Source: Isurus oxyrinchus (Eukaryota). Taken from it: DNA of 64,000 nt. The DNA lies in assembly GCA_026770705.1 (NCBI GenBank), contig JANJGN010000038.1, forward strand, positions 6,386,001-6,450,000, in the 5' to 3' direction. Below, piece by piece: positions 24,050 through 34,133 of the stretch. How positions within the stretch are numbered: position 1 is the stretch's first letter; each line of letters begins with the position of its first letter. The notes beneath the pieces are model-generated. The model made no database searches. It worked only from the letters and a program-made list of their open reading frames with translations, and was not told the origin of the DNA. The translations under genes and the position numbers were made by a program.

Positions 24050-27000
24050 AGTTCTGCGAAGGGTCATGAAGACTCGAAACGTCAACTCTTTTCTTCTCCG
24101 CCGATGCTGCCAGACCTGCTGAGTTTTTCCAGGTAATTCTGTTTTTGTTTTGGATTTCCAGCATCCGCAGTTTTGTTTTGTCTTTATCTCTGTGTTTAAT
24201 TGACTGCCACTGCTCTTCAAGAAATGCCTACCTCCTTGAAGAAGTTCTGTTCCTCTCTGCGACAAGATTTCCGTATCTCTCTGTTGCCTTGTTCACCTTC
24301 TTTGCTTTCCATTTCCCTCCTAGTGTTTGACAAGGTGTTTACTAAAACCCGCTTTCACAGCCATATCTCCTTTCTCAGTGACTGCCTCCGTCTCCGACTT
24401 ACCCCACGTGGATTTCAACTGAAATTCCACCCCTCATCTTTCGAACCCACCCAGGATTACCGGTATCTCCGGGACATAAAACGTTTCTCAGACTGCTGTT
24501 CCCGTCACATTCTGAAATCCACACTCAGTGCCATGCGCCGCCATATGAACACACTCGACCGCTCCCTCCAGCAGCACCGCCGTACCCTTTCTCAAAGCTG
24601 CGCGTGCCCCCAGTTTCATTTTATCCTTCGGCTCATCCGACGCTTCAACAAGAAACTTTTTCTCTTTCTCTCAACTGCTAAGGAACGCAAGCTCCAACAA
24701 CTCATCGACACCAACACCCATCTAGGACCCTCCACCCCAGCCTGTCCCTCCGTCCCCACCCCATCTTCCAATCCCAGCCCCAGCCGTGTATTCACTATAC
24801 CCCCTGACCTTCCCCTCTCCGATGCTGAACGTTCAGTGCTCAGCAAAGGACTTAGTTTCATACCCTTACGCCCTCACCTCAATGAATTTCGGGCTCGGCA
24901 TGATACTGAACTCTTCTTTCGCCGTCTTCGTCTCCGGGCTCACTTCTTTGGGCAGGAGTCCTCTCCCAGTTCAACGGATCCTTTTACCCATCTCCAATAT
25001 TCTCCCTCCACCTGGACCCCTCCCTCTGGATTCTTACCTTCTCTTGATCTTTTCATTGAGAACTGTCGGCGCGACATTAGTCGTCTCAATTTCTCTGCTC
25101 CTCTCACCCATTCTAACCTGTCTCTCTCTGAACTTACTGCACTCCATTCTCTCAGGTCCAACCCTGACATTGTCATCAAACCCGCTGACAAGGGTGGTGC
25201 TGTTGTTGTCTGGCGCACTGACCTCTACCTCGCGGAGGCTGAGCGTCAACTCGCAGACACTTCCTCCTACCTCTCCCTGGACCATGACCCCACCACTGAA
25301 CATCAAGCCATTGTTTCCAGGACTGTCACTGACCTCATCTCCTCTGGGGATCTCCCTGATAGTCGCCCAACCTCGGACGGCCCGCTTCTATCTCCTACCT
25401 AAAATCCACAAACAGAACTGCCCCGGTAGACCGATCGTCTCAGCTTGCTCCTGCCCCACAGAACTCATTTCTCGTTATCTTGACTCCCTTCTCTCTCCCC
25501 TTGTCCAGTCCCTTCCCACCTACATCCGTGATTCCTCTGACACCTTACGTCACATCAACAATTTCCAGTTCCCTGGCTCCAACCGCTTCCTCTTCACCAT
25601 GGACGTCCAATCCCTCTACACCTCCATCCCCCACCAGGATGGTCTGAGGGCCCTTAGCTTCTTCCTCGAACAGAGGCCCGAACAATCCCCATCCACCACT
25701 ACTCTCCTCCGTCTGGCTGAACTTGTTCTCACGTTGAACAATTTCTCCTTCAACTCCTCTCACTTTCTCCAAATAAAAGGTGTGGCTATGGGTACCCGCA
25801 TGGGCCCCAGCTATGCCTGTCTCTTTATGGGATATGTGGAACATTCCTTGTTGCAGTCCTACCCCGGCCCCCTTCCACAACTTTTTCTCCAGTACATCGA
25901 TGATTACTTCGGTGCCGCTTCATGCTCTCGTCGGGACTTGGAAAAATTTATTAATTTTGCTTCCAATCTCCACCCCTCCATCATTTTCACGTGGTCCATC
26001 TCTGACACTTCCCTTCCCTTCCTTGACCTCTCTGTCTCAATCTCTGGTGATAGACTGTCCACTAATATCCATTACAAACCCACCGACTCCCACAGCTACC
26101 TCGACTACAGCTCCTCACACCCCGCTTCCTGTAAGGACTCCATCCCATTCTCCCAGTTCCTTCGCCTTCGTCGCATCTGTTCCGATGATGCTACCTTCAA
26201 AAACGGTTCCTCTGACATGTCCTCCTTCTTCCTTAACCGAGGTTTTCCACCGACGGTCGTTGACAGGGCCCTCAACCGTGTCCGGCCCATCTCCCGCGCA
26301 TCCACCCTCACGCCTTCTCCTCCCTCCCAGAAACATGATAGGGTCCCCCTTGTCCTCACTTATCACCCCACCAGCCTCCGCATTCAAAGGATCATCCTCC
26401 GCCATTTCCGCCAACTCCAGCATGATGCCACCACCAAACACATCTTCCCTTCACCCCCCTTATCGGCATTCCGTAGGGTTCGCTCCCTCCGGGACACCCT
26501 GGTCCACTCCTCCATCACCCCCTACTCCTCAACCCCCTCCTATGGCACCACCCCATGCCCACGCAAAAGATGTAACACCTGCCCCTTCACTTCCTCTCTC
26601 CTCACCGTCCAAGGGCCCAAACACTCCTTTCAAGTGAAGCAGCATTTCACTTGCATCTCCCCCAACTTAGTCTACTGCATTCGTTGCTCCCAATGTGGTC
26701 TCCTCTACATTGGAGAGACCAAACGTAAACTGGGCGACCGCTTTGCTGAACACCTGCGGTCTGTCCGCAAGAATGACCCAAACCTCCCTGTCGCTTGCCA
26801 TTTTAACACTCCACCCTGCTCTCTTGCCCACATGTCTGTCCTTGGCTTACTGCATTGTTCCAGTGAAGCCCAACGCAAACTGGAGGAACAACACCTCATC
26901 TTCCGACTAGGCACCTTACAGCCTTCCGGTCTGAATATTGAATTCAATAACTTTAGGTCGTGAGCTCCCTCCCCTATCCCCACCCCCTTTCTGTTTCCCC

Positions 27001-27525
27001 CTTTTTTTCCCCTTTTTTTCCCTATAAATTTTATAGATTTTTCTTTTCCCACCTATTTCCATTATTTTTAAATATTTTAAAATCTTTTATGCTCCCCCCA
27101 CCCCCACTAGAGCTGTACCTTGAGTGCCCTACCATCCATTCTTAATTAGCACATTCGTTTAGATAATATCACCAACTTTAACTTTAACACCTATGTGTTC
27201 TTTTGTCCCATTGTCACTGACATCTTTTGATGATCTGCTTCTATCACTGCTTGTTTGTCTACACAAGCACCTCTGTCTCTCTCTCTCTCTCTCCGCCCCC
27301 ACCCCCCCCCCCCCCACCCCCCCACACACACCTTAAACCAGCTTATATTTCAACTCTTTCCTGGACTCGAAATCAAGTTCTGTCGAAGGGTCATGAAGAC
27401 TCGAAACGTCAACTCTTTTCTTCTCCGCCGATGCTGCCAGACCTGCTGAGTTTTTCCAGGTAATTCTGTTTTTGTTTTGGATTTCCAGCATCCGCAGTTT
27501 TGTTTTGTTTTTATCTCTTTGTTTA
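24050..27525 (+). mobile_element. Near-complete Penelope-like retroelement (Neptune-like; RT + GIY-YIG endonuclease) with about 150-bp direct terminal repeats
   Basis: ATG 24224 to stop 26963; IKPADKGGAVV, MDVQSLYTSIP, GVAMGTRMGP, YIDD, CPRKRCNTC linker, VYCIRCSQCGLLYIGET; direct repeats 24050-24198 and 27376-27525; one frameshift at 25357/25358. Confidence 0.95.
27376..27414 (+). ncRNA. Minimal type-I hammerhead ribozyme motif in the Penelope terminal repeat
   Basis: agtt-CTGTCGA-a-gggtc/atgaa/gactc-GAAA-c-GTC-aact: stem I agtt/aact, stem II, palindromic ACGT at stem III; further copies 24050-24087, 34031-34069, 43015-43053, 48154-48192 (-), 61730-61768 (-). Confidence 0.7.
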
Positions 27526-27974
27526 CTTCTATGTTATATCAATTTTATTCCATGAGATAATTACAAGATGGATTTCCAATTCAGCATTGGAAATGCAGAG
27601 TTTCCCCTTAGTTTTGGTAAATTCACGGAGGTAGAATGACTTGCTTCAAGATTGTGTATCTCTAACTCTGAGGCAGTGAAGCGCAAAGTCTTCCCAATTG
27701 TCTGCATTGAAGAGGGAATAAGAAGTACATTCTAATCGAAGAGGCACAGGTCCTCAGAAAGACGAGGGGGGAAGGAGAGGAGGAGAGCGGCGTTGGGGGG
27801 CGGGGGCTGGTGGGGAACGTGGTGCTGCAGTTGGGCGGGGGGGAGCTCATGGAAGGGGAAAGGCTGCTCTGTTGCTTCTGTGCAGTGGTGCCCTCAAGAG
27901 ATTCGACACTTCGACCTAGCGATGTAGCGATGATTGAAATTTCCCTTATTATCCAAAACTCGCTCATTATTTTC

Positions 27975-28335
27975 ACAGAATCACAGAATAACACAATGCA
28001 GAACAGGTCCTTCGGTGCATAGAGTCTGCACCGACATGAGAAACACCTGAACTTAATCCCATTTTCCAGCACTTAGCCCACAGCCTTGAATGTTATGACG
28101 TGCCAAGTGCTCATCCATGTACTTTTTAAAGGCTGTCAGGCAACTTGCCTCCACCACCCTCCCAGATAGTGCATTCCAGATCGTCACCACACTCCAGGTA
28201 AAAAGGTTTTTCCACACAACCCCCACCCCTCCCCCCTAAACCTCCTGCCCTTCACCTTGAACTCATGTCCCCTCTGAGGGGAACCACTAATCCCTATCCA
28301 CCTTGTCGATGCCCCTCATAATCTTGTACACGTTT
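27975..28335 (-). mobile_element. CR1-type LINE 3' tail
   Basis: Reverse of ..tgcagactc..gaaggacctgttctgcattgtgttattctgtgattctgtga; WNAL-encoding remnant near 28170. Confidence 0.75.
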
Positions 28336-28762
28336 TGTTTGTATAATATAATGTCCAGAACAAAGAAAGGAAAATGTCGATGAAGGCTCCCCAGAATCAT
28401 TGGGCAACTTAGGGCAGAGATTCAGTTTCAATATAGGAATGCAAAGAATTCAGGTTACTTCAAGGGACGAGAAAGCATAAGTTTTATTCTGCTAAAGCTG
28501 CGAAATATTGAGGCTGGCAGTTTAATCGCTTTCTAATTACACATAATTTAAACAATCGAACCCCATTCGTTTGAAAAACTCACTTACAATTCACATGCAG
28601 AGGAAGAAACAATCATCGGCATCTTAAATATACAACAGGTTATTCTCACTTTGGTTATTGTTCGAGAAAATTAAAAAGCAATTCTAAAATGTATAATTCC
28701 TGCTGTTTACAATGTCACAAATATTTAGCCAGGAAATTAAAACTTCGTGCCGGTCAGATACA

Positions 28763-28768
28763 TTTATT
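28763..28768 (-). terminator. Polyadenylation signal AATAAA of the Ig-like gene
   Basis: tttatt on plus, about 78 nt downstream of the ancestral C-exon stop. Confidence 0.7.
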
Positions 28769-28845
28769 AAATCTGCCGAGATTACCGCCACGTTTCGCTT
28801 TGAAATTAAACTCAGGAGTTATTGGCTTGAACTAATAGCCGGTCT

Positions 28846-29166
28846 TTAGCGATTGCAGGTGTCCAAGCTGATGGATTTCTGAACGAGAGTGTCCTGAGAC
28901 TTGTATCGGAACAGACACGAGTAGTGATCCTTCGAGTTCCAAGAGCTGACAGGGACCCTCAGGTAGCTGCTGATGCTGTAGCTGTTGTCAGCCTCAAGAT
29001 TAGGTAGATTTGTGGACACTCCGCTCTGCGTCTCAATGCCCCGCGCTTTCCACGAAAGCTGGGTAGAAGCCCCGAATCAGACAGCTCAGCGACACTGTTT
29101 CAGCTGAAGTTACTTCCTGGCGCGAAGGCGGAAACAATTCCAGTGATGGCACCTGTAGTTGACGAT
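28846..29166 (-). CDS. Ig light-chain-like constant (C1-set) exon, frameshifted
   Basis: Acceptor ttgcag at 29172-29167; DRQLQVPSLELFPPSRQEVTSAETVSLSCLIRGFYPAF then, in the shifted frame, SWKARGIETQSGVSTNLPNLEADNSYSISSYLRVPVSSWNSKDHYSCLFRYKSQDTLVQKSISLDTCNR*; as written the frame stops at TGA 29035-29033. Confidence 0.9.
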
Positions 29167-29309
29167 CTGCAACAGATGGTACATAGCTGACATGGACTGT
29201 CACTGTAAGAGGCATTATTATTGTAGCTTAACGGTATGGTTATCATAGACCTTCGGAAAATACCGCACAGAATGAGGCGTCCATCAGTGCCTCTGCCGGC
29301 TTTTCAAAT

Positions 29310-29620
29310 AATTATTCATCTTGTCTCAGTCATGTACCCTTTTCCCTTAGCCCCGTAATAGCGTCCCAAATATACATCCCATTCCCGTTTGAAAGTTATT
29401 ATTGAATCTGTTTTCACCGTCCTTCCATCCGAGCCCTCCAGATCACAACAAACCGTTGCATAAAAAGAAAAATAAATCCCGCATGGCCGCTCTGGTTCTT
29501 CTTCCATTCGCTTTATATCTGTATTCCGTGAATACCGACTTTCCTGTCGCTATTGAAGTCCTTAATGGTTTGAATACCTGCATTAAGTTACCCCATAAAC
29601 GTCGCTGCTCTAAGGAAATA
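29310..29620 (-). mobile_element. Degenerate CR1-type 3' fragment in the J-C intron
   Basis: Remnant TVKTDSIITFKREWDVYL of the ORF2 C-terminus. Confidence 0.55.
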
Positions 29621-29998
29621 ACCCCAGGATTTACAGTCTGTCCACAGAACTCCCGTCCTGCTTCTCTGATGGGCTTAGTTATGGGCTTATTATCACACCA
29701 TTACAATTTCAGGAATTGAATTCAATTACGCTGGAGGCAAACAAGCTTCCGGATTGTTGTAATAACCAAGTGGCTCACAGGAAATGGACCAACGCCATTC
29801 CTACCAGCCTTGTCGACGTGACTCAGTCCAACACTGCGTAGGTAAATTTTGGTTCATTGAGGGCGAATAATAATAGGCCACCTTCGCTCTGTAGCCCACT
29901 ATGTTCAAAATTAAATTATTTCAAAATGCTACGACACCATTATTTACTATCACCGCGTAACATTTTCGCCAATATCTTTTAGTTTTCACAATAGTTTG

Positions 29999-30298
29999 AT
30001 GGAAAATTCCTCGAATTGCTTGGTGTGAACAACTTGCTAAATAAAAGGGGAATTTTCCATTTTCTGTTATATATTGGGGAACTCCCAAACAGATATTCCA
30101 AATATCTGCCAGCAGTACAAACAAGCAGAGTCATCGCCGCTGTCACATTTATTTGTTCTACAAAACGTATTCCACCCAATGTGCTTCTGATTCTGCTCCA
30201 CTCCAGCTGAAAGCGCAGCCGCTCGGTGTGTTGTAGATCAGTGCACACTAAGCCTTGTGCATTTTTGTAAAAATTGATTCGTGTAATATCCTCAGCTG
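29999..30298. promoter_or_regulatory. Candidate J-C intronic enhancer (three NF-kB-like sites, two E-boxes)
   Basis: GGAAAATTCC 30001-30010, GGGAATTTTCC 30048-30058, GGGAACTCCC 30077-30086 (fits GGGRNNYYCC), CAGCTG 30204-30209 and 30293-30298. Confidence 0.5.
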
Positions 30299-32739
30299 CT
30301 ACCTTTTATTCAGGAGGAGCGCCTTTATTTTTTTTGTAAACGTACCTACAGCCAGTGGCCAAAATGTGAATCATTAAAAGAAGCATTGCCTGTATTTATT
30401 TTCCCTGAAATTGATTACATTGTATTTCTCTATCGCGGAAAATTAGATAATTTCTAACTTAACTCTGACATTCAAACCGACAAATACAGCACTTTATTGT
30501 TGGAAAGATCGAAACCTTTGCACTAACCACATTAAAATTATCATGCGCTAACTTAAAAAAAAACTAACCAGAAGTGAGCTCTCCAGCGCAAGATCCAACT
30601 GATTGACCTACACTTCAGTATCAAAATGTCTTGCAATGATTTTGGCTATAAATTCGCCCCAGGCGGCGGAACAATACAGACGGCATTGATTCTACCGGCC
30701 TTTCTACACAGCGCCTGATATCCTTGTCCATGCAGTTAGTGGAGCTGAGTATCGGGAGCTGTTTGAATGATGGCCGACAATGACTATTTTCTAGCACTTA
30801 TCAGTAGCATCAAGAACAATTGAAAGAAAAATAAAATTACAGCAATATTATTAATGCTTTGAACTGTGGGGGAAGTATTTGCACGGGTCACTTTTTGAAT
30901 TAAAATAGGAAATGCACCCCAGAATATGTTCCCTGCTTTGCATTCAAAGACAAGTTGGGCATTCACTGGGCTTTGAATTGCCATGGATCGAAGAAAAAGG
31001 CAACTATAGCCCATCTATATCCCACCACCCTCCACTGAAATGAGAGCAATTCTTCCCCGTCGGAACAAAAAACAATCGGTGGCAATTTGAAACCTTTTTT
31101 TTTCGGAATCATTGTCATTTTCTGAAATTAATCCTATTGATGATGATGTTCATACGTGGAACATTGCACATTCTTATTTGAACGTTTCTTTGCCTCGGAG
31201 CTCCGCTCTAAACTAACGGTTTATGGTTTAAAATAAAATAATACATGGCAGCTCCAAATTAAATACATTTTTTTCTCAATGTTGTACTGTAGGAAATTTA
31301 AACCCACAACTTTCTGACTCAAACGCCAAAGTGCTACAACTAAACCATGGCTGACACAACAGAAATGATACCAAGAGGGAGTGTAACGGCCCTCTGTGTA
31401 AACATTAACATCATACTCAGTGTTCCATTCCATTAATATCACAATTAAATTATTTCATTCTTACCCTGTCCCACTGTCTTAACCTGCAACTTAAGGTGCA
31501 ATAACGTCTAGGTTTTTTTTAATAAATACTGATTGACACGAATGAGCTTTTCCAATGATCATGGCAGAGGTCTGCAGTTTCATTTAATATTTGCCAAGAA
31601 GGTCAATGTTCTCAAGCGCTTATACCAGAAAAATGGAGCCGAAATACAAGTTCAGAACAGAAGTAAAAAGTGAAATTTCAAATCTTATAACTTACTGACA
31701 ACTAATGTTTTTTTTTAAATTATGCTTCATGCTTAACATGTCTGGAAATTCAGACATTGAATTATACGGTTTGCCAATAAATTAAAGATCGGGTGATTTA
31801 ATATTTGGTAGCTGTACCTGTTCAGATTTAAAGATTCTATTGTTCTGATCAATTTCGGTTTATCCTACGGTATACGCTTTTAGTTATTCGAGCCAATGCA
31901 TTAATATGGAAGTGATGGAAAATACATTCATTGAAGGAATTGTGATTGTTGGTTATGCACCGTTCAGCCACAAAACAATAACTGCCCCCTCACGCCGCTG
32001 GCACTACGCCCCAGAGCAATAATGCATATGGCTATGTGAGCATAAATAGATGTAGAATTGATGAGTGGTGGTAATAAGATAGATTGCTCAGGCGTTGCGG
32101 AAATAAATATCCTGTAATAGCAAGTGTCACTCAATGTTAAAATATGGTCCAGTTTTAACCAGTTTCACACGGCAATACCAACTAGCTCCCAGAAATAACA
32201 AACATCGTCCAATAATAATGAATAGAGATTAGCACCATCAAACATCGCCTACTATTCACCATTGCCTTGGCAGTGGCGCAAATCAGGCCGTATCGGTGAG
32301 GCTGCTGGTTCAGTGCAGCCCCTGACATTTAGCTCCATTGGCTACAAGGCAACTGACTATTGGCCGCTGGGTAAAAGGCGCGGCCTATCTGATAAAGTCC
32401 GTTTCCGCCACCACCTAAGGCGATTTTTACCCCATGGAACCCAAAGAATTTCGGACTCTCTGTTTCGTATCCCGCAAAGTTGAGAATGCTCCTGCTTTCC
32501 TGACAATAATTTTTATTGGAGCAACGTTAACGCTTAGTCTCGTCTCAGCCGAACGATCACCGAGTTCACCTTTTTTCAACTAATAAAATACCAACTGCCG
32601 AGTATCTCAAGCACTAAAGGAAATATTGCCGTCGTGTCGGGCTTGTGACGTTTTTTCACAATGACTGTTGCAAAATTGTGTAATATTTTGCAATCTAAAA
32701 TCTTCCCTTAACACAAGCACGGCCTCAATATTTACTTAC

Positions 32740-33099
32740 CCACTACGTGTAACTCTGTACCTTTGCCAAAATACTGTCCAGAATCAAAAAGCGAGCAGTA
32801 GTAGACAGCCGAGTCCTTCAGCTCCACTTGATTGACAGTGAGGGAGAAACTTTTCTTTGCGTCGTCTCTAGAATGGGCGAAGCGGTCGGTGAACCCTGAG
32901 CCTCGGAGCAGGGCGCCTCTATCATTGGTGCTTTTATGGGTCAGGATCCAAACCGGTGTCTTCCATGGCCTCTGTTGGAACCAACGGAGCCATCTATCCC
33001 CGATATCTCTGTTCTTTACCCAGCAGCTTAAGGTGACGGACCCTCCTGAGACGGCAGAGGCAGTTTCAGCTTGGAGCAGTTCGGGAAGTGGACAGACAC
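32740..33099 (-). CDS. Pre-joined VJ exon (V-set Ig domain)
   Basis: Acceptor ttacag ending 33100, donor GTAAGT starting 32739; 360 nt open: VTLSC..WFQQRP..RGSGFTDRF..DSAVYYC-SLFDSGQY-FGKGTELHVV; no RSS between V and J. Confidence 0.93.
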
Positions 33100-33223
33100 C
33101 TGTAAGAATCAGAGTAAAAGTCATGAGTTCAGGCCTAAGGTAAAGGGTAAAGGCAGCACGCAACGTTTTGGGTCAATACACTTTTAAATCTTTACAGCAA
33201 AATCAGCTCCACGTTATACTCAC

Positions 33224-33269
33224 TGGAGAAACACGTTAGCAAGAGCAGCATCATATAAACTGTGTCCAT
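33224..33269 (-). CDS. Leader (signal peptide) exon
   Basis: ATG 33269-33267 in accATGG context; MDTVYMMLLLLTCFS; 46 nt followed by donor GTGAGT. Confidence 0.9.
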
Positions 33270-33354
33270 GGTTACACTGAGGCACGCGCAGTGATTGACA
33301 AGCTGGGCCTGAGATTCTTACTGTCAGTGCAAAGGCAAAAATTCGGTGCGACCC

Positions 33355-33416
33355 ATTTATATCCCAAACTAAGGATTCTTATTGGCTGTCGGCAACACGC
33401 CTTCAAAAATGCAAAT
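33355..33416 (-). promoter_or_regulatory. Ig light-chain-type promoter: octamer, CCAAT and TATA
   Basis: On minus: ATTTGCAT 33416-33409 (light-chain orientation), CCAAT 33385-33381, TATAAAT 33361-33355. Confidence 0.8.
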
Positions 33417-33556
33417 TCATTTGATGGGAAGAGAACTGGACAACAGACCGAAACCCGTGGACACTTGGAAATTAAAATTCATACCGATTGTGAAAATAGC
33501 AATTGCAGACTCCATGCGCCGAAGGACCTGTTCTGCATTGTGTTATTCTGTGATTC

Positions 33557-34133
33557 CAAACTGGAGGAACAACACCTCATCTTCCGACTAGGCACCTTAC
33601 AGCTTTCCGGTCTGAATATTGAATTCAACAACTTTAGGTCGTGAGCTCCCTCCCCCATCCCCACCCCCTTTCTGTTTCCCCCTTTTTCCTTTTTTTTCCC
33701 TATAAGTTATATAGATTTTTCTTTTCCCACCTATTTCCATTATTTTAAATATTTTAAAATCTTTTATGCTCCCCCCACCCCCACTAGAGCTGTACCTTGA
33801 GTGCCCTACCATCCATTCTTAATTAGCACATTCGTTTAGATAATATCACCAACTTTAACTTTAACACCTATGTGTTCTTTTGTACCATTGTCGCTGACAT
33901 CTTTTGATGATCTGCTTCTATCACTGCTTGTTTGTCTACACAACCACCTCTCTCTCTCTCTATCTCTCCGCCCCCCACACACACACCTTAAACCAGCTTA
34001 TATTTCAACTCTTTCTTGGACTCGAAATCAAGTTCTGTCGAAGGGTCATGAGGACTCGAAACGTCAACTCTTTTCTTCTCCGCCGATGCAGCCAGACCTG
34101 CTGAGTTTTTCCAGGTAATTCTGTTTTTGTTTT
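33557..34133 (+). mobile_element. 5'-truncated copy of the young Penelope element just upstream of the Ig promoter
   Basis: KLEEQHLIFRLGTLQ..NIEFNNFRS* plus 3' region nearly identical to 26876-27478. Confidence 0.93.

Larger units (their letters stand above)
28763..33269 (-). pseudogene. Germline-joined (L-VJ-C) immunoglobulin light-chain-like gene, probably sigma-cart/type I-related; C exon frameshifted
   Basis: Three exons with canonical phase-1 GT-AG junctions, complete V-set and C1-set motifs, light-chain-type C-terminal Cys, promoter octamer and polyA signal. Confidence 0.88.

Noticed and set aside
24616-27052. Overlapping and antisense ORFs within the Penelope element (also 62178-63966)
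   Set aside because: Shadow frames of a C-rich coding strand; their recurrence reflects copy identity, not independent genes
32264-32421. Imperfect inverted repeat of about 30 bp in the intron
   Set aside because: Probably a decayed MITE; too degenerate to support as a feature
29167-32739. Additional J segments or RSS in the J-C intron
   Set aside because: No FGxG-encoding segment with splice donor and RSS was found by eye
32732-33163. ORF-track start MRAAFTLY.. as the true N-terminus
   Set aside because: It is intron read-through from a non-ATG codon; the real leader is the spliced exon at 33269-33224
28846-33269. Interpretation as a T-cell receptor chain
   Set aside because: The C exon ends in a light-chain-type Cys and stop followed by AATAAA; no connecting-peptide or TM exon seen; promoter has a light-chain octamer
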